From Candidatus Obscuribacterales bacterium (GTDB lineage: Bacteria > Cyanobacteriota > Vampirovibrionia > Obscuribacterales > Obscuribacteraceae): a DNA stretch of 64,000 bases. How positions within the stretch are numbered: the first letter of the stretch is position 1; every line of letters begins with the position of its first letter. Shown in pieces: positions 1 through 10,445 of the stretch. The notes below the pieces were generated by a model that ran no database searches, had not been told where the DNA came from, and was given only the letters and a program-made list of their open reading frames with translations. The position numbers and the translations under genes were made by a program. The stretch lies in contig CBDDIJ010000003.1 of assembly GCA_965228855.1 (NCBI GenBank), positions 1,184,001-1,248,000 on the forward strand, given 5' to 3'.

Positions 1-563
1 CAGGTTTGGGTGTCGCATCGATTGCGGTCGGCTTCGCCCTGAAGGAAATTTTGCAAAACTTTTTTGCGGGCGTGTTGATTCTCTGGCGCAAACCATTCTT
101 GATCGGAGATGAGATAAACACCGGCGACTACAGGGGTACGGTAGAAGATATAAATATTCGCGCTATCAGACTGCGAACTTACAGCGGTACAGTTGCTGTG
201 ATTCCTAATTCGCAAATCTTCGGTAATCCTGTTGAGGTGATTACCGGGTTGTCACAACGACGGGTCGAACTCGTCGTAGGAATTGGCTATTTTGACTCAA
301 CGTCGAAAGCGAAGAGTTTGATCCTGAATTATCTGGAGACGTTACCTGAAATTGAGCGACCAAAGGCTTATATAACCGAACTCGCTCCTTCCAGCGTTAA
401 CATAAAAGTCCACTTCTGGACTCAAGCGCACGAACTCAACGTTCTCAAAATGACCGACATGGCGCTGGAGGGAATCAAAGATACTCTCGATAACGCCGGT
501 ATCGACATTCCGTATCCGCACAGCGTCATTCAATTTCATAACGTCAACGGCAAAGTAAAGTGA
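1..563 (+). CDS. mscS: Small-conductance mechanosensitive channel (MscS family), 5' end truncated by window edge
   Basis: GFALKEILQNFFAGVLILWRKPFLIGDEI...GTVEDINIRAIRLRT...VIPNSQIF...GIDIPYP are MscS TM3/beta-domain motifs; frame is open to the window start. Confidence 0.9.
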   Translation, partial: GLGVASIAVGFALKEILQNFFAGVLILWRKPFLIGDEINTGDYRGTVEDINIRAIRLRTYSGTVAVIPNSQIFGNPVEVITGLSQRRVELVVGIGYFDSTSKAKSLILNYLETLPEIERPKAYITELAPSSVNIKVHFWTQAHELNVLKMTDMALEGIKDTLDNAGIDIPYPHSVIQFHNVNGKVK

Positions 564-605
564 TGGACGCAGCTTGCCACTGTATGCAGTGCAGATAACA
601 CCAGA

Positions 606-1640
606 CTACTCAGAGTCATCGATTGATTTTGTCACCAAGACCGATTTCTTTGTTCGACCTGGTGAACTCGCGCGAGTGAATGAATCGGACTCATCTGTTT
701 CCTCCACGATTGTCCTTGTTTCTGGCACTGCAGCCGGAACTCTTCTGTGGGTGAAGATGGCGATGCCTATGAACAATCCGGAAACGATGACTGCAATACT
801 TATCGTCTTGCTAATGCTATCTATGGCCTTCTGCAATCCGCCTATCTGCGCCTGAAGCGCATCAACATTCTTGTCCAGTCGCTTAATCGACCCGCTTAGA
901 TGAGCCAGAGGCTCAGGAATCTCGGAAATTGTCTTAGGAAGATTTTGCAGTGGTGCGCTCATTGATGCAAGCGGTGCACGCAAATCTTCAATAGGCTTGT
1001 GTAGAGACGCTGCCGATTTGCTTAGCGTCTGAATCGGTGTTTTCAGTTGTTGAATCGGTTGCTTGAGCTTGTCGACTGGATTCGACAGTTGCTGAACCGA
1101 CGCGTCGAGTTTGTTGATCGGATCTCTTAGCTGATCGATTGGCTTCTCCAGCTTTGTAATTGGTGTTCTTAAATTGTCCAGAGGATCTTTCAGATTTTGG
1201 ATGGGCTGGTTCAGATCGCTGAGAGGTCTATCCAGCTTGCTGAGCGGTGCCTGAAGGCGCCCTATTCGTCTGTTTAGTTGATTGACCTCCTGACCCAAGT
1301 CCTCAAGAGGATCTTCCAACGACTTTAACCCTTTCTCCGTACCGCGCATCGGCGAGATCGCCCCAAATGGCGACAGAAGGCTCGGGAAAATTCCTTCCTG
1401 TTTGTCTTCTTCCTGTGAAACCTCTCCTTCCAATGAGACCGCCGAAGTTGAGGTTGAAGTGGCAGCCATGCCGGATCTTCTGCCGCGCCGATGCAAGGCT
1501 GCATTCAAAAGTGGCGTTCTGTGACCGGATGAGTCTGGTAACTCAAACTGGGTTGTGGATGCTAGACCTTCCATTGGGGTCCAGCAAAACAAACAAAGCG
1601 TCGAAAGCAAACTGACAGTTACGACTTTCATTCCGAACAT
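606..1640 (-). CDS. Exported/membrane-anchored protein with proline-punctuated heptad repeats
   Basis: GAGGTG RBS; N-terminal signal-like segment, ~24 heptads P-[LIV]-x-x-L-x-x, C-terminal TM helix (ISIAVIVSGLFIGIAIF). Confidence 0.75.
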   Translation of the reverse strand: MFGMKVVTVSLLSTLCLFCWTPMEGLASTTQFELPDSSGHRTPLLNAALHRRGRRSGMAATSTSTSAVSLEGEVSQEEDKQEGIFPSLLSPFGAISPMRGTEKGLKSLEDPLEDLGQEVNQLNRRIGRLQAPLSKLDRPLSDLNQPIQNLKDPLDNLRTPITKLEKPIDQLRDPINKLDASVQQLSNPVDKLKQPIQQLKTPIQTLSKSAASLHKPIEDLRAPLASMSAPLQNLPKTISEIPEPLAHLSGSIKRLDKNVDALQAQIGGLQKAIDSISKTISIAVIVSGLFIGIAIFTHRRVPAAVPETRTIVEETDESDSFTRASSPGRTKKSVLVTKSIDDSE

Positions 1641-1904
1641 TCATCACCTCCGATGCTCGTCGCGACAGAGTTCTGGAATTGCAATTCTGGTGGCTGGCAA
1701 TCTGTCTTGAACGCCGATTACCTTACCATCGTTCTATCCATCTAGCATTTATTTAGACCGGTCGCGCTGGTCCCGTTCAGCGCAGGGTTCCGAAAAGACG
1801 GATGTTAATTAAAAACAATGCGCGGTTTCTTCGCGATATTAGTGGCGAAGATAAATGTGCTTTCTTTCGGCATTGTTTCAACGTAGTACGTGTTATTGAT
1901 AGTG

Positions 1905-3323
1905 TTAATTTGAAAGAAGAAGTTCTGCAGTCTTTCCGTTGTCTACGACTGAAAAGTCTTGAAACTGCCAGGCAAACTCTTTAGCGCGAACGGTTGATGG
2001 TTTCCATTTCGTGCGGTGAATCTCTAACTCTCCGATGTACTTGTGTGCGACCGGCAAGATGCTTTGAAAAGGCAGATCTCCCGGGAGTAATAGCCCGCGG
2101 CGAGGATTGTCCAGTGCCCAGGTCATAGCGCTTAACACGGAAGATGCGACTTGCAGTACGGTCGCGTTGAACTGAGGTCCGACTATTTCACGCGTGCGTT
2201 TTATAGATAAACGGTTCCCTACCCAAACAGCACCATATGCGCCCATGAGAAGTACACCTAAATCGTCGCTTCCCTCACTTATCTCAGTGGTCAACAGATG
2301 GTCTCGCGCAACGTTGATCCTGTTGTCGGCGAAAGCATACAGCGACTGCAGTGCAGGCAATGATGGGCGATAGATGAAACAGACCGTGGGGCGGTAAAGC
2401 AGCTTACCGTCTTCCCATAGCGATAGCCGATTGCCCATCGTGAAGGTCTCACCGTGCGGAATCATCATGCCGGTCATCTCTTCGGTAGGCACCCATGATC
2501 GAACTGGGAAATTGATTCCTTTGCGTTTGATGCACAGATGGAAAAGCCGGTCATGGCTTAGCTGCAGAGCCTCAGGAGGCAGGCTTCGCTCGTGTGTTCC
2601 CCAGGAGCACTCGGTAAACGCATTCGATTCCTCACGTAGTCCTTCGGCAGACCAAGTGTTAACGAATACAGTCGGATTGCGTTTTGTCGAAGATACTTGA
2701 CGGTCGTATTCGGATACGTGTACAACTTTTGTGCCAGTCAACATGGCGACGCGTGCGTAATCTTTGGCTCGCAAAGCCATTTCGATATCAGAATCAGAGA
2801 ATTCTGACGCCAGGTGTTCCAGTCCGTGTTTCAACCAGTGACTGACCAATCCGGGATTGGCTCCGTGTTCTAAAATCGCGGTGGGTGCGCCATCTCGCCA
2901 ATGAGCAAAGCGCTCGTAGAGTCGCGTGTAACGCATGAACATCGTGTCGTGCAAAGGGTCGCTGAGCTCACAGTTCTCTTTTCGCCACAGTTCTACCGAA
3001 GTATCAACGTAGATGACGTTGGTGTCATGACACCACTCTAGTATGTCGGCGCTGTCGACTCCGGCGAGAAGGTTTACCACCATGTCGCCAGAGCTGACGA
3101 TCGTTTGCAGAAAAGTCTGATAGTTGTCCGGAGATAGTCGGAAGTGATGGAATGTTGCTCCGGCTTCAATGAGTGGATTCCGTTTTGGATCTTGGGGACA
3201 CGCGTCTACTAATACAATCTGAGAGGGCTTTAGCTCGTCATTCTGTAAAAGAAGTGCCTGCAAGCAGCGAGATACGGCGCCACAACCAAGCAGGATAAGG
3301 CGACCTGACGAGGACAGTTTCAA
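1905..3323 (-). CDS. hss: Homospermidine synthase
   Basis: Rossmann LLGCGAVS, EHGANPGLVSH, FVNTWSAEG, PHGETFT, NATVLQV, WQFQDF; AAGGAGG RBS before TTG start. Confidence 0.88.
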   Translation of the reverse strand: MKLSSSGRLILLGCGAVSRCLQALLLQNDELKPSQIVLVDACPQDPKRNPLIEAGATFHHFRLSPDNYQTFLQTIVSSGDMVVNLLAGVDSADILEWCHDTNVIYVDTSVELWRKENCELSDPLHDTMFMRYTRLYERFAHWRDGAPTAILEHGANPGLVSHWLKHGLEHLASEFSDSDIEMALRAKDYARVAMLTGTKVVHVSEYDRQVSSTKRNPTVFVNTWSAEGLREESNAFTECSWGTHERSLPPEALQLSHDRLFHLCIKRKGINFPVRSWVPTEEMTGMMIPHGETFTMGNRLSLWEDGKLLYRPTVCFIYRPSLPALQSLYAFADNRINVARDHLLTTEISEGSDDLGVLLMGAYGAVWVGNRLSIKRTREIVGPQFNATVLQVASSVLSAMTWALDNPRRGLLLPGDLPFQSILPVAHKYIGELEIHRTKWKPSTVRAKEFAWQFQDFSVVDNGKTAELLLSN

Positions 3324-3477
3324 TTAAACCTCCTTTACGCGAGTTGAATCTCTAGTATTATAGCCGCTCTTGAAAGTTCTTACCTGAAACCAACGGAAAG
3401 GCTTGTCAATTCCGGCATCGGCGAGACAAAAGCTGTGCCACCATAGCCGGTGTCGCGGAAGGATCACGAGTGAAACG

Positions 3478-6400
3478 CTATTTTTCCGGGTCCTTTGTTT
3501 TTTGCTCTTTATTCATGAATCTGTAGAAACTCGGTATTACCAGCAAAGTTAGAAGGGTCGCTGAAATGAGTCCGCCGAAAATCACAGTCGCGAGTGGGCG
3601 CTGAATTTCTGCTCCCGTACCGTGGGAAAATAGTTTTGGTAGCAAGCCCATCATCGCTACCATTCCTGTCATCACTACAGGACGCAAGCGAATGCGAGCC
3701 CCCTCTATTATTGCTTCATCGAGACCCTCACCGTTTTCTTTCTCCTGCAATTGCATGATGTAACTCACCATGATCACGCCGTTTTGGACAGCCACTCCAC
3801 ATAGTGCAATAAATCCAACAAAGGCAGGAACGGAAAGTGGCTGATGGGATACCCAGAGTCCTATGACACCGCCGATGGCGGCAAACGGAACGGTCATCAT
3901 AATTAGCGCAGCGTTTTTAATAGAGTTAAAGGTGAAGAATAGCAAGATGAAAATCAGGAACAAGACGATGGGAACTACGATTGAGAGCCTCTTCATCGCC
4001 CGTTTTTGGTTCTCAAATTGACCTCCCCAGACGACCTGATAACCCTTTGGTAATTTAACTTTCTCTGATACGACTTGCTGCGCTGCATTTGCCCAACTGC
4101 CGAGGTCTCGACCTCTAACATTTACCATTACGACTGAGCGTCTCTGCCGATCCTCTCTCTTAAGAAGCACTGCACCTCGCTCGATTCGAATGTCCGCAAG
4201 TTCTTCCAGGGGAACTCGCGCTCCGTCAGGCATTTCCACCAGCATACTGCGTAAACGCTCCTCGGTTTGTCTGTGCTCGGGAAGAAACCGAATTAACAGG
4301 CCAAATCGCCTGTTACCTTCAATAACTTCTGACACAACTCGACCGGCTGTAGCGATCTGCACAAAACGCAGAACATCTGCCGATGTCGCACCGTAACGAG
4401 CGATGGTGTCACGGCGAAGCTTGATTCGGAACTCTGGTAATCCTATCAACGGCTCGCGCATCAAGTCGCCGGTGCCTGGAACGTCCCGGATTGCGTTCAT
4501 CACTTCGTCGGATAGTTTGTTTAAAACTTCAAGGTCATCGCCGAAGATTTTTATTCCAACATCGGCTTTGATTCCCGTTATCAAGTCATCGATCATGTCG
4601 GCGATTGGTTGCGAAAAACTGTACATGACGCCCGGAATTTTAGCAACTTCATGGGCGAGTTCTTCCGTTAACCTCTCCTTGTTTTGTGTCCGCCACTCAG
4701 ATCTCGGTTTTAACCCGATATACATATCTGCGGCGTCCACGCCCTCTACATCAGACCCCATCCCCGATCGTCCAATGCGAGTGACCGCTATGGTCACTTC
4801 CGGAATGCGTTTGACCAAGGTTTCAGCCGCAGTGGCAATTTCCTGCGACTTCGTGTGAGCAATACTCGCCGGCATCCGGAGGCGAAGCCATAAGGAACCT
4901 TCATCGAGACTGGGGATAAATTCAGAGCCCAGCAATGGAAGCAGTGCAGCGGACCCCGCCAGGCAGACCAGACAACCTAAGAGCAGTTTTCCCGGACGTA
5001 GTAGCGACCATCTCAACAGCGGTGTGTAGTTGTTCTTAAGCCAATCCATAACTGGATTGCGTTTTTCCCTCACGTCCTTTTTTAGAACCCAAAAGCAGAT
5101 GACGGGTATGATCGTCAATGCGACAAACAGTGCCCCGAGCAGAGCATATATAAAGGTTAACGCCAATGGTCCAAACATTTTTCCTTCGACGCCCTCCAGC
5201 GAAAATAGCGGAAGGTATACGGCGATGATAATGAAAATTGCGAATGTGATTGGTCGTCCCACCTCTTGAGCCGCCTGTGTTATTACGTTCAGCCGCTCCT
5301 CTGTGGAAAGTGATTTTCGCTCCGCTAGTCTCCGAAAAATATTCTCAACCATGACGACGCCCGCGTCGACAACCACTCCGAAGTCCACCGCCCCTAGTGT
5401 CATAAGATTGGATGAGAGACCGGTGTATTTCATCATCGCGAAGCTAAATAAGAGCGATAACGGAATGATTATGGACACGATCAAAGCAGGCTGGATGTCC
5501 ATCAGGATTGCTGCTAACACGATTATGACCAACGCGCCGCTGAGCATCAGAATTTCTTTGACTGTATCCATGGTTCGATCAACCAGGTCCTTCTGGTTGT
5601 AGAACGGTCTGACCGAGACGCCTTCAGGTAGCGATTCTTGAATTTCCGCAAGCCGCTTCTCTACCTCTTCAACCACCTGTTTCGTGTTAGCGCCTTTTCG
5701 AGAAAAGACTATGCCGATTATCGCTTCGCCTTCTCCATTCATCGAGGCGGATCCTCTTCTGAACGCAGGACCGACCTCTACAGATGCAATATTTCGGACT
5801 TCGACTGGAGTACCATCAACTTCCTTGAGAACAATTTTCTCGATATCTGAAACCGTTTTCACCCGTCCCAACCCTCGGATGATCACCTCTTCGTCCGCCT
5901 GCTCGATGAAGTTTCCGCCGATATTCAAATTGCCATCGTTCAGTTTCCTCGAAACTTCTGTAAGACTAAGGTCGTAGCTCTTCAGTTTTATAGGGTTGAT
6001 GAGTACCTGATACTCTTTGATGAAACCGCCATAGGTGACGACGTTAACCACTCCAGGTGTCGACAGCAAGCGCTTGGCGATGTTCCAATCCTGGATTGTG
6101 CGCAAATCAATCAGGTTGTGCCTGTCACTGGTGACGTGGTACATGAATACCTGACTGAATGTTGAAATGACTGGTCCAAGTTGTGGTGGTGGCACATCCG
6201 GTGGCAGTCGTAATGTGGTGAGTCTCTGTTGTACGAGCTGCCGAGCAAGATAAAGGTCACAATCATCTTCGAAAATCGCGTTAACGACTGACAAGCCGAA
6301 TTCCGAACTGGAGCGAGTTTTCTTTATAAACGGAACACCATTGAGTGCATATTCAATCGGAACAGTAACTAGTGATTCAACTTCCTCGGTAGCCATCCCT

Positions 6401-6561
6401 TCTGGTTCGGTGATGATCTGCACCTGAATGTTGCTAACATCGGGGAACGAGTCAGCTGGAATGGTGAGAATGGAATGAATACCTATTGCGATGATAGCAA
6501 TGATCAGCAGGAGAACTCCTGCGCGTTGCTTAAGGGCGAAGGTAATGAGTTTGTCTATCAC
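3478..6561 (-). CDS. czcA: CzcA/CusA-family heavy-metal RND efflux transporter
   Basis: DSFPDVSNIQVQIIT, GAVDFGVVVDAGVVMVEN, EGVEGKMFGPLA, GTGAEIQRPLATV; 1027 aa. Confidence 0.93.
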   Translation of the reverse strand: MIDKLITFALKQRAGVLLLIIAIIAIGIHSILTIPADSFPDVSNIQVQIITEPEGMATEEVESLVTVPIEYALNGVPFIKKTRSSSEFGLSVVNAIFEDDCDLYLARQLVQQRLTTLRLPPDVPPPQLGPVISTFSQVFMYHVTSDRHNLIDLRTIQDWNIAKRLLSTPGVVNVVTYGGFIKEYQVLINPIKLKSYDLSLTEVSRKLNDGNLNIGGNFIEQADEEVIIRGLGRVKTVSDIEKIVLKEVDGTPVEVRNIASVEVGPAFRRGSASMNGEGEAIIGIVFSRKGANTKQVVEEVEKRLAEIQESLPEGVSVRPFYNQKDLVDRTMDTVKEILMLSGALVIIVLAAILMDIQPALIVSIIIPLSLLFSFAMMKYTGLSSNLMTLGAVDFGVVVDAGVVMVENIFRRLAERKSLSTEERLNVITQAAQEVGRPITFAIFIIIAVYLPLFSLEGVEGKMFGPLALTFIYALLGALFVALTIIPVICFWVLKKDVREKRNPVMDWLKNNYTPLLRWSLLRPGKLLLGCLVCLAGSAALLPLLGSEFIPSLDEGSLWLRLRMPASIAHTKSQEIATAAETLVKRIPEVTIAVTRIGRSGMGSDVEGVDAADMYIGLKPRSEWRTQNKERLTEELAHEVAKIPGVMYSFSQPIADMIDDLITGIKADVGIKIFGDDLEVLNKLSDEVMNAIRDVPGTGDLMREPLIGLPEFRIKLRRDTIARYGATSADVLRFVQIATAGRVVSEVIEGNRRFGLLIRFLPEHRQTEERLRSMLVEMPDGARVPLEELADIRIERGAVLLKREDRQRRSVVMVNVRGRDLGSWANAAQQVVSEKVKLPKGYQVVWGGQFENQKRAMKRLSIVVPIVLFLIFILLFFTFNSIKNAALIMMTVPFAAIGGVIGLWVSHQPLSVPAFVGFIALCGVAVQNGVIMVSYIMQLQEKENGEGLDEAIIEGARIRLRPVVMTGMVAMMGLLPKLFSHGTGAEIQRPLATVIFGGLISATLLTLLVIPSFYRFMNKEQKTKDPEK

Positions 6562-8003
6562 CGCGTCAAATTTTCCCGACCAGAGATAACCATGGCTCCT
6601 GGTCGCCCGGACGCTACCTCAGTTTTGAGTAGAAGCGAGCCGGTAGTGACAACACGGTCGCCTTCTTTAAGTCCGGAGATGACCTCGTAGAACTTTTCAT
6701 TGTCTCTTCCGAGCCGGACAGGTTGTTCTATAAAGTGATCTTCATCAGCTACGTAAACCACGTCATGACCCTTCTTCTTTTGAATTGATTCTTTCGGGCA
6801 GGCCAGCACCATATGCGGTGGTAGCTTTATAGTCGTGTCCGCGAACATGCTTGCCTTTAGCTTCGAGTCTTTATTATCGAGCCGAGCGCGAATCGGAGCC
6901 GTTCTAGTCTCTGGGTCAATGTGCGAGCCGATATAGTTTATTTTGCCTTCGAATTTTCGACCCGGTAGACCGCTTATCCGAGCCACAACCGGCATGCCGA
7001 TACTGAGACTAGGTAGGTCTACGCCTGGAATCTCCGCGGACAGTGCAACAGTTGAAAGGTCTGAGATTCGAAAGGCTTCCTTGCCCGGATCAACAATCGC
7101 TCCCAGTGCCACGTCTTGTTTTGAAACTGTGCCGGACATCGAGGCTATGATTGGCACAGTACCCTCGATACGACCGCTGGTCATGATCTGGTTTGCTTTG
7201 TCTTCCGTCGTACCTAGAAAAACAAGACGTTGTTTAAGTGTACTGACTCGCTGTTTGGCGCGCCTCACTTCGGCCTGGGCGAGCTGCAGATCACGCCTCA
7301 GCATCGCTTTGTTTTTAAACAAGCCTTCCTCTCTTTCCAGGTTCGCTTTGGCTTGTCGATGAAGTGAACGAGCCCTGTTGTATTTTGCCTGAGATGCATA
7401 GACGTCTTTGCTAGCCGCGATTCCTTCCTTAAGGAGCTTCTGGTATCGCTCCATATTCTGCTTACTCAATTGAAGCTGCACCTTCGCCTCTTCGAACTGT
7501 TCCTTAGCCTCTAAGAGAGTCTCGGGTCGTTTTATTTGCTCTCGATAGACCTGCCTCTCTCGCTCCTCGTGAGCCTTTGCAATATCAAGTTTAGAATTGG
7601 CTTCAATCAGTTGAGATTGAAGATCGCTTATTTGCTGACTATCTATCAATGCAAGAACTTGTCCCTTTTCGACCTTGGAGCCAGGCTTGACAAAAATTTT
7701 CACGACACGACCGCGCACACGGTTTGTTAGTGACACCTCTTTGCCGAACTCCGGAAGAATCTCGCCGGCTACATTCAAAGAATCGCCAAGTTTTCGCTTC
7801 TTCACAGCTTGCGTTTCCAACTCGATGTGTTCGGACGTTTGGTCTAAAGTTTTTGATTCTTCAGCTAAATGCTTTGTCTGCGTGTCTCCACAGCCGCATA
7901 GTGTCCCGATGGAAAGCGCGAATGTACACAAGACGGCTAGCGATGATAATGATGTGAGCGATTCGAAACGTCGACTGACTTTTCTCTTGCTGTTGATCGC
8001 CAT
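6558..8003 (-). CDS. czcB: RND periplasmic adaptor (CzcB/CusB family), probable lipoprotein
   Basis: Lipoyl/barrel motifs GRVVKIFVKPGSKVEKGQVLA, IDPETRTAPIRA, GLKEGDRVVTTG; long coiled coil; 4-nt overlap with czcA. Confidence 0.88.
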   Translation of the reverse strand: MAINSKRKVSRRFESLTSLSSLAVLCTFALSIGTLCGCGDTQTKHLAEESKTLDQTSEHIELETQAVKKRKLGDSLNVAGEILPEFGKEVSLTNRVRGRVVKIFVKPGSKVEKGQVLALIDSQQISDLQSQLIEANSKLDIAKAHEERERQVYREQIKRPETLLEAKEQFEEAKVQLQLSKQNMERYQKLLKEGIAASKDVYASQAKYNRARSLHRQAKANLEREEGLFKNKAMLRRDLQLAQAEVRRAKQRVSTLKQRLVFLGTTEDKANQIMTSGRIEGTVPIIASMSGTVSKQDVALGAIVDPGKEAFRISDLSTVALSAEIPGVDLPSLSIGMPVVARISGLPGRKFEGKINYIGSHIDPETRTAPIRARLDNKDSKLKASMFADTTIKLPPHMVLACPKESIQKKKGHDVVYVADEDHFIEQPVRLGRDNEKFYEVISGLKEGDRVVTTGSLLLKTEVASGRPGAMVISGRENLTR

Positions 8004-8386
8004 ATTCTGCTCTCCGTATCAAAGTTTGGGACAGGATGGTGAAAGAGTTCTTGTTCTAGAAACCCTCTTGAAACCGAGTCCTTAATAAGTTGTTCTGATA
8101 TCGGTGTAGCATTTTCCATTAAGGCAGGGCTGATTCACTCCGGTTATGTAACTGTATTGACTTACAGGACAGGCACCGCCTATGGTGATAGATTCCTCCC
8201 AGAACAACATTCACTCGAAGCTGTGCATGCTGGCGCTCATCCGGTTCCGTCGATTGCGTTTGTGTCCGTTTTGCTGACTGCTATGCTAATATGACGTCCC
8301 AGTTCAAGATCTTGAACTGTGCTCTGATCCTCTTAGTGGTGCTTCAGGTCGAGAGATGAGACAGCTGTGTCTCAGGGAATAGACTC

Positions 8387-10321
8387 GTGCATATCAGTGA
8401 AGGCGACTTAATTGAGCAGCGCTATTTTATCGAGGAGCGACTCGGTCAGGGTGGCATGGGAATTGTTTTTCGCGGACATGACCGCCTTCTCAATGTCACC
8501 GTTGCGATCAAAGTCTTGTTTGCAAACACTTCAGATCTCGTCATCAAAAGATTTCACATTGAAGCCAGAGCGCTTGCTCAGCTCAATCATCCAAATATTC
8601 TGACAGTTAAAGATTTTGGTCAAACAGCGGATGGACAACTTTTTCTGGTAATGGATTTCATCGAGGGCGAGAGCCTGAGCCGCATCACAGAAGAGCGTGG
8701 ACCGCAGCCATTCCTGGAAGTCTTGCCTGTTTTTGAGCAGGTCTGTCGAGCATTGCGTTTTGCTCACAGCTGTAACGTTTTGCACCGAGACGTGAAACCG
8801 AGCAACATTATGCTAGCAACGGAACGCTCAAATAATTTTGTGAAACTCGTCGACTTTGGATTAGCAAAACAAGTCGATAAGGATTTAGATCTCACAAAGA
8901 CGGGCTCGGCAATGGGCTCACCACCGTATATGAGTCCTGAAGCGATTCACGGAATCGACTCAGATGCTCGTTCAGATATCTATAGTCTTGGCTGCACGTT
9001 GTTTGAGTTGATTGCTGGTGTACCGCCGTTTGTTGGGGATACGCATTTTCATACGATGATGGCGCATTTACACAAGCTTCCCCCTGCGCTTTCAGAGATT
9101 CTCGAAGAGAACGTCGATGAGGAAATCGAAGATTTTGTTCAAAAGTGTTTGAGAAAGAGCCCGGAAGAACGCTTTCAGACGATGGAAGAACTGGTTGGCG
9201 AACTTGAATCACTCAAGAAAATTTTGGTGGAGAGAAGTCAATCGAGGCATGATTCAGAGTCCAAAATCTATTCTTCTGACAATTTTCTCGAGAAGCGAAC
9301 TGACTCGGCTAATCGGATTGTTAAAGGATCAGGTTTGGTTTTCCTTGCGACTATTTCCGTATCGCTAATTGTTTTGATCGTTGCGTTCTGGCCGAGTAAG
9401 AACCATGCGGTGAAAAAGACCGATGATTCACTAAAGCAGCTTTCCCATGCGCAGACCGTAATGGAAAAAACGAAAGCCGATATGGATGAAGCCGGACAAC
9501 TTGGAAGGTCCGGTGCATCGCTAGTGCCTGATGATACGAGTTCCGATCAAATGTGCAGACTCTACGGAGAAATGACGGATGCGGAGTTTTTTAAAGAGAT
9601 TGAGCCCTACAAGAGCATGAGATCGTTTCGGCTCGAAAATCTCTCAATTAGCTTGACCGCGTCCAACTACATTCTTCACCTTCCAATTAAGAGGTTGGCG
9701 CTGGTTGATATGGCAGTCACGGAAGGGCAGATTAACGATTTGAGCACCCTGGAGCACTTAAAGAGTCTCAGATTCTTTTCATGCGGAGACCTTCCGCCTG
9801 GGTCGCTTGAAAAGTTTCAGCGATTGAACCTGGAATCGTTCGACTTTGAACCTGGCAAAAACTACGATCATTTTGGTCCGGCGTTGTCGAAGTTGAAATC
9901 TTTGAGAACCGTCACTATTCGAAACGGACACGTGCGACGCGCTGATATGGATCTCCTGTTAAAGAAGCTGCAAATCAGTGCTCTGAATTTCGATTCTTGT
10001 CTCATTGATGACGATGCCTTTGAAAATCTGAAGTCTGCCAGACATTGCTACATGTTTTCCTGTGTGAACACGAAGCTTACCAATCGACAGTTTGAGCAAA
10101 TTGCAGACCTTCCAAATCTAACAATCATCGATTTGAATCGCACGAATTTGACTGATACCAACTTGAAGATGTTTCATAAGTGCAGAGGGTTAAGAGCTTT
10201 CGTAGTCATTGATACAAGGATATCTCTGACCGCTATCGAACTTCTTGTAGCGAACATCCCTGGACTGAAGCGAGAGTCTGTCATTACCAGGTGGAAAACA
10301 ACTGCCGATGAACCGTTTTGA
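8387..10321 (+). CDS. Hanks-type Ser/Thr kinase with TM helix and C-terminal leucine-rich repeats
   Basis: LGQGGMG, VAIKVL, HRDVKPSN, VDFGLAK, GSPPYMSPE; TM at ~aa 316-335; LxxLxxLxL repeats (LPNLTIIDLNRTNLTDTNLKMF). Confidence 0.92.
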   Translation: MHISEGDLIEQRYFIEERLGQGGMGIVFRGHDRLLNVTVAIKVLFANTSDLVIKRFHIEARALAQLNHPNILTVKDFGQTADGQLFLVMDFIEGESLSRITEERGPQPFLEVLPVFEQVCRALRFAHSCNVLHRDVKPSNIMLATERSNNFVKLVDFGLAKQVDKDLDLTKTGSAMGSPPYMSPEAIHGIDSDARSDIYSLGCTLFELIAGVPPFVGDTHFHTMMAHLHKLPPALSEILEENVDEEIEDFVQKCLRKSPEERFQTMEELVGELESLKKILVERSQSRHDSESKIYSSDNFLEKRTDSANRIVKGSGLVFLATISVSLIVLIVAFWPSKNHAVKKTDDSLKQLSHAQTVMEKTKADMDEAGQLGRSGASLVPDDTSSDQMCRLYGEMTDAEFFKEIEPYKSMRSFRLENLSISLTASNYILHLPIKRLALVDMAVTEGQINDLSTLEHLKSLRFFSCGDLPPGSLEKFQRLNLESFDFEPGKNYDHFGPALSKLKSLRTVTIRNGHVRRADMDLLLKKLQISALNFDSCLIDDDAFENLKSARHCYMFSCVNTKLTNRQFEQIADLPNLTIIDLNRTNLTDTNLKMFHKCRGLRAFVVIDTRISLTAIELLVANIPGLKRESVITRWKTTADEPF

Positions 10322-10445
10322 ACTGGCGATGTGAATATCGAAACTATTTGTCGCCGACTTCGTGAATTAAGTACGCGAACGCAAGCGGATCAGGTTGCCG
10401 AAGTCACCGCTTGCGTTCGCATTTATCGCGCTAGGTACTTGCGCG

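Noticed and set aside
807..1310. 21-nt periodicity as a possible CRISPR or DNA tandem repeat
   Set aside because: Periodicity is at protein level inside an ORF with diverged codons; no identical repeats with unique spacers and no cas genes
4190..7957. Many antisense ORFs over the RND genes (also over other long CDS)
   Set aside because: Shadow ORFs of well-supported genes, with no RBS or motifs
3478..8003. czcBA lacking czcC as a novelty
   Set aside because: The outer-membrane factor is commonly encoded elsewhere; not unusual
8004..8386. Possible NiCo (czcD) riboswitch upstream of czcB
   Set aside because: I could not find the conserved four-way-junction sequence pattern on the minus strand
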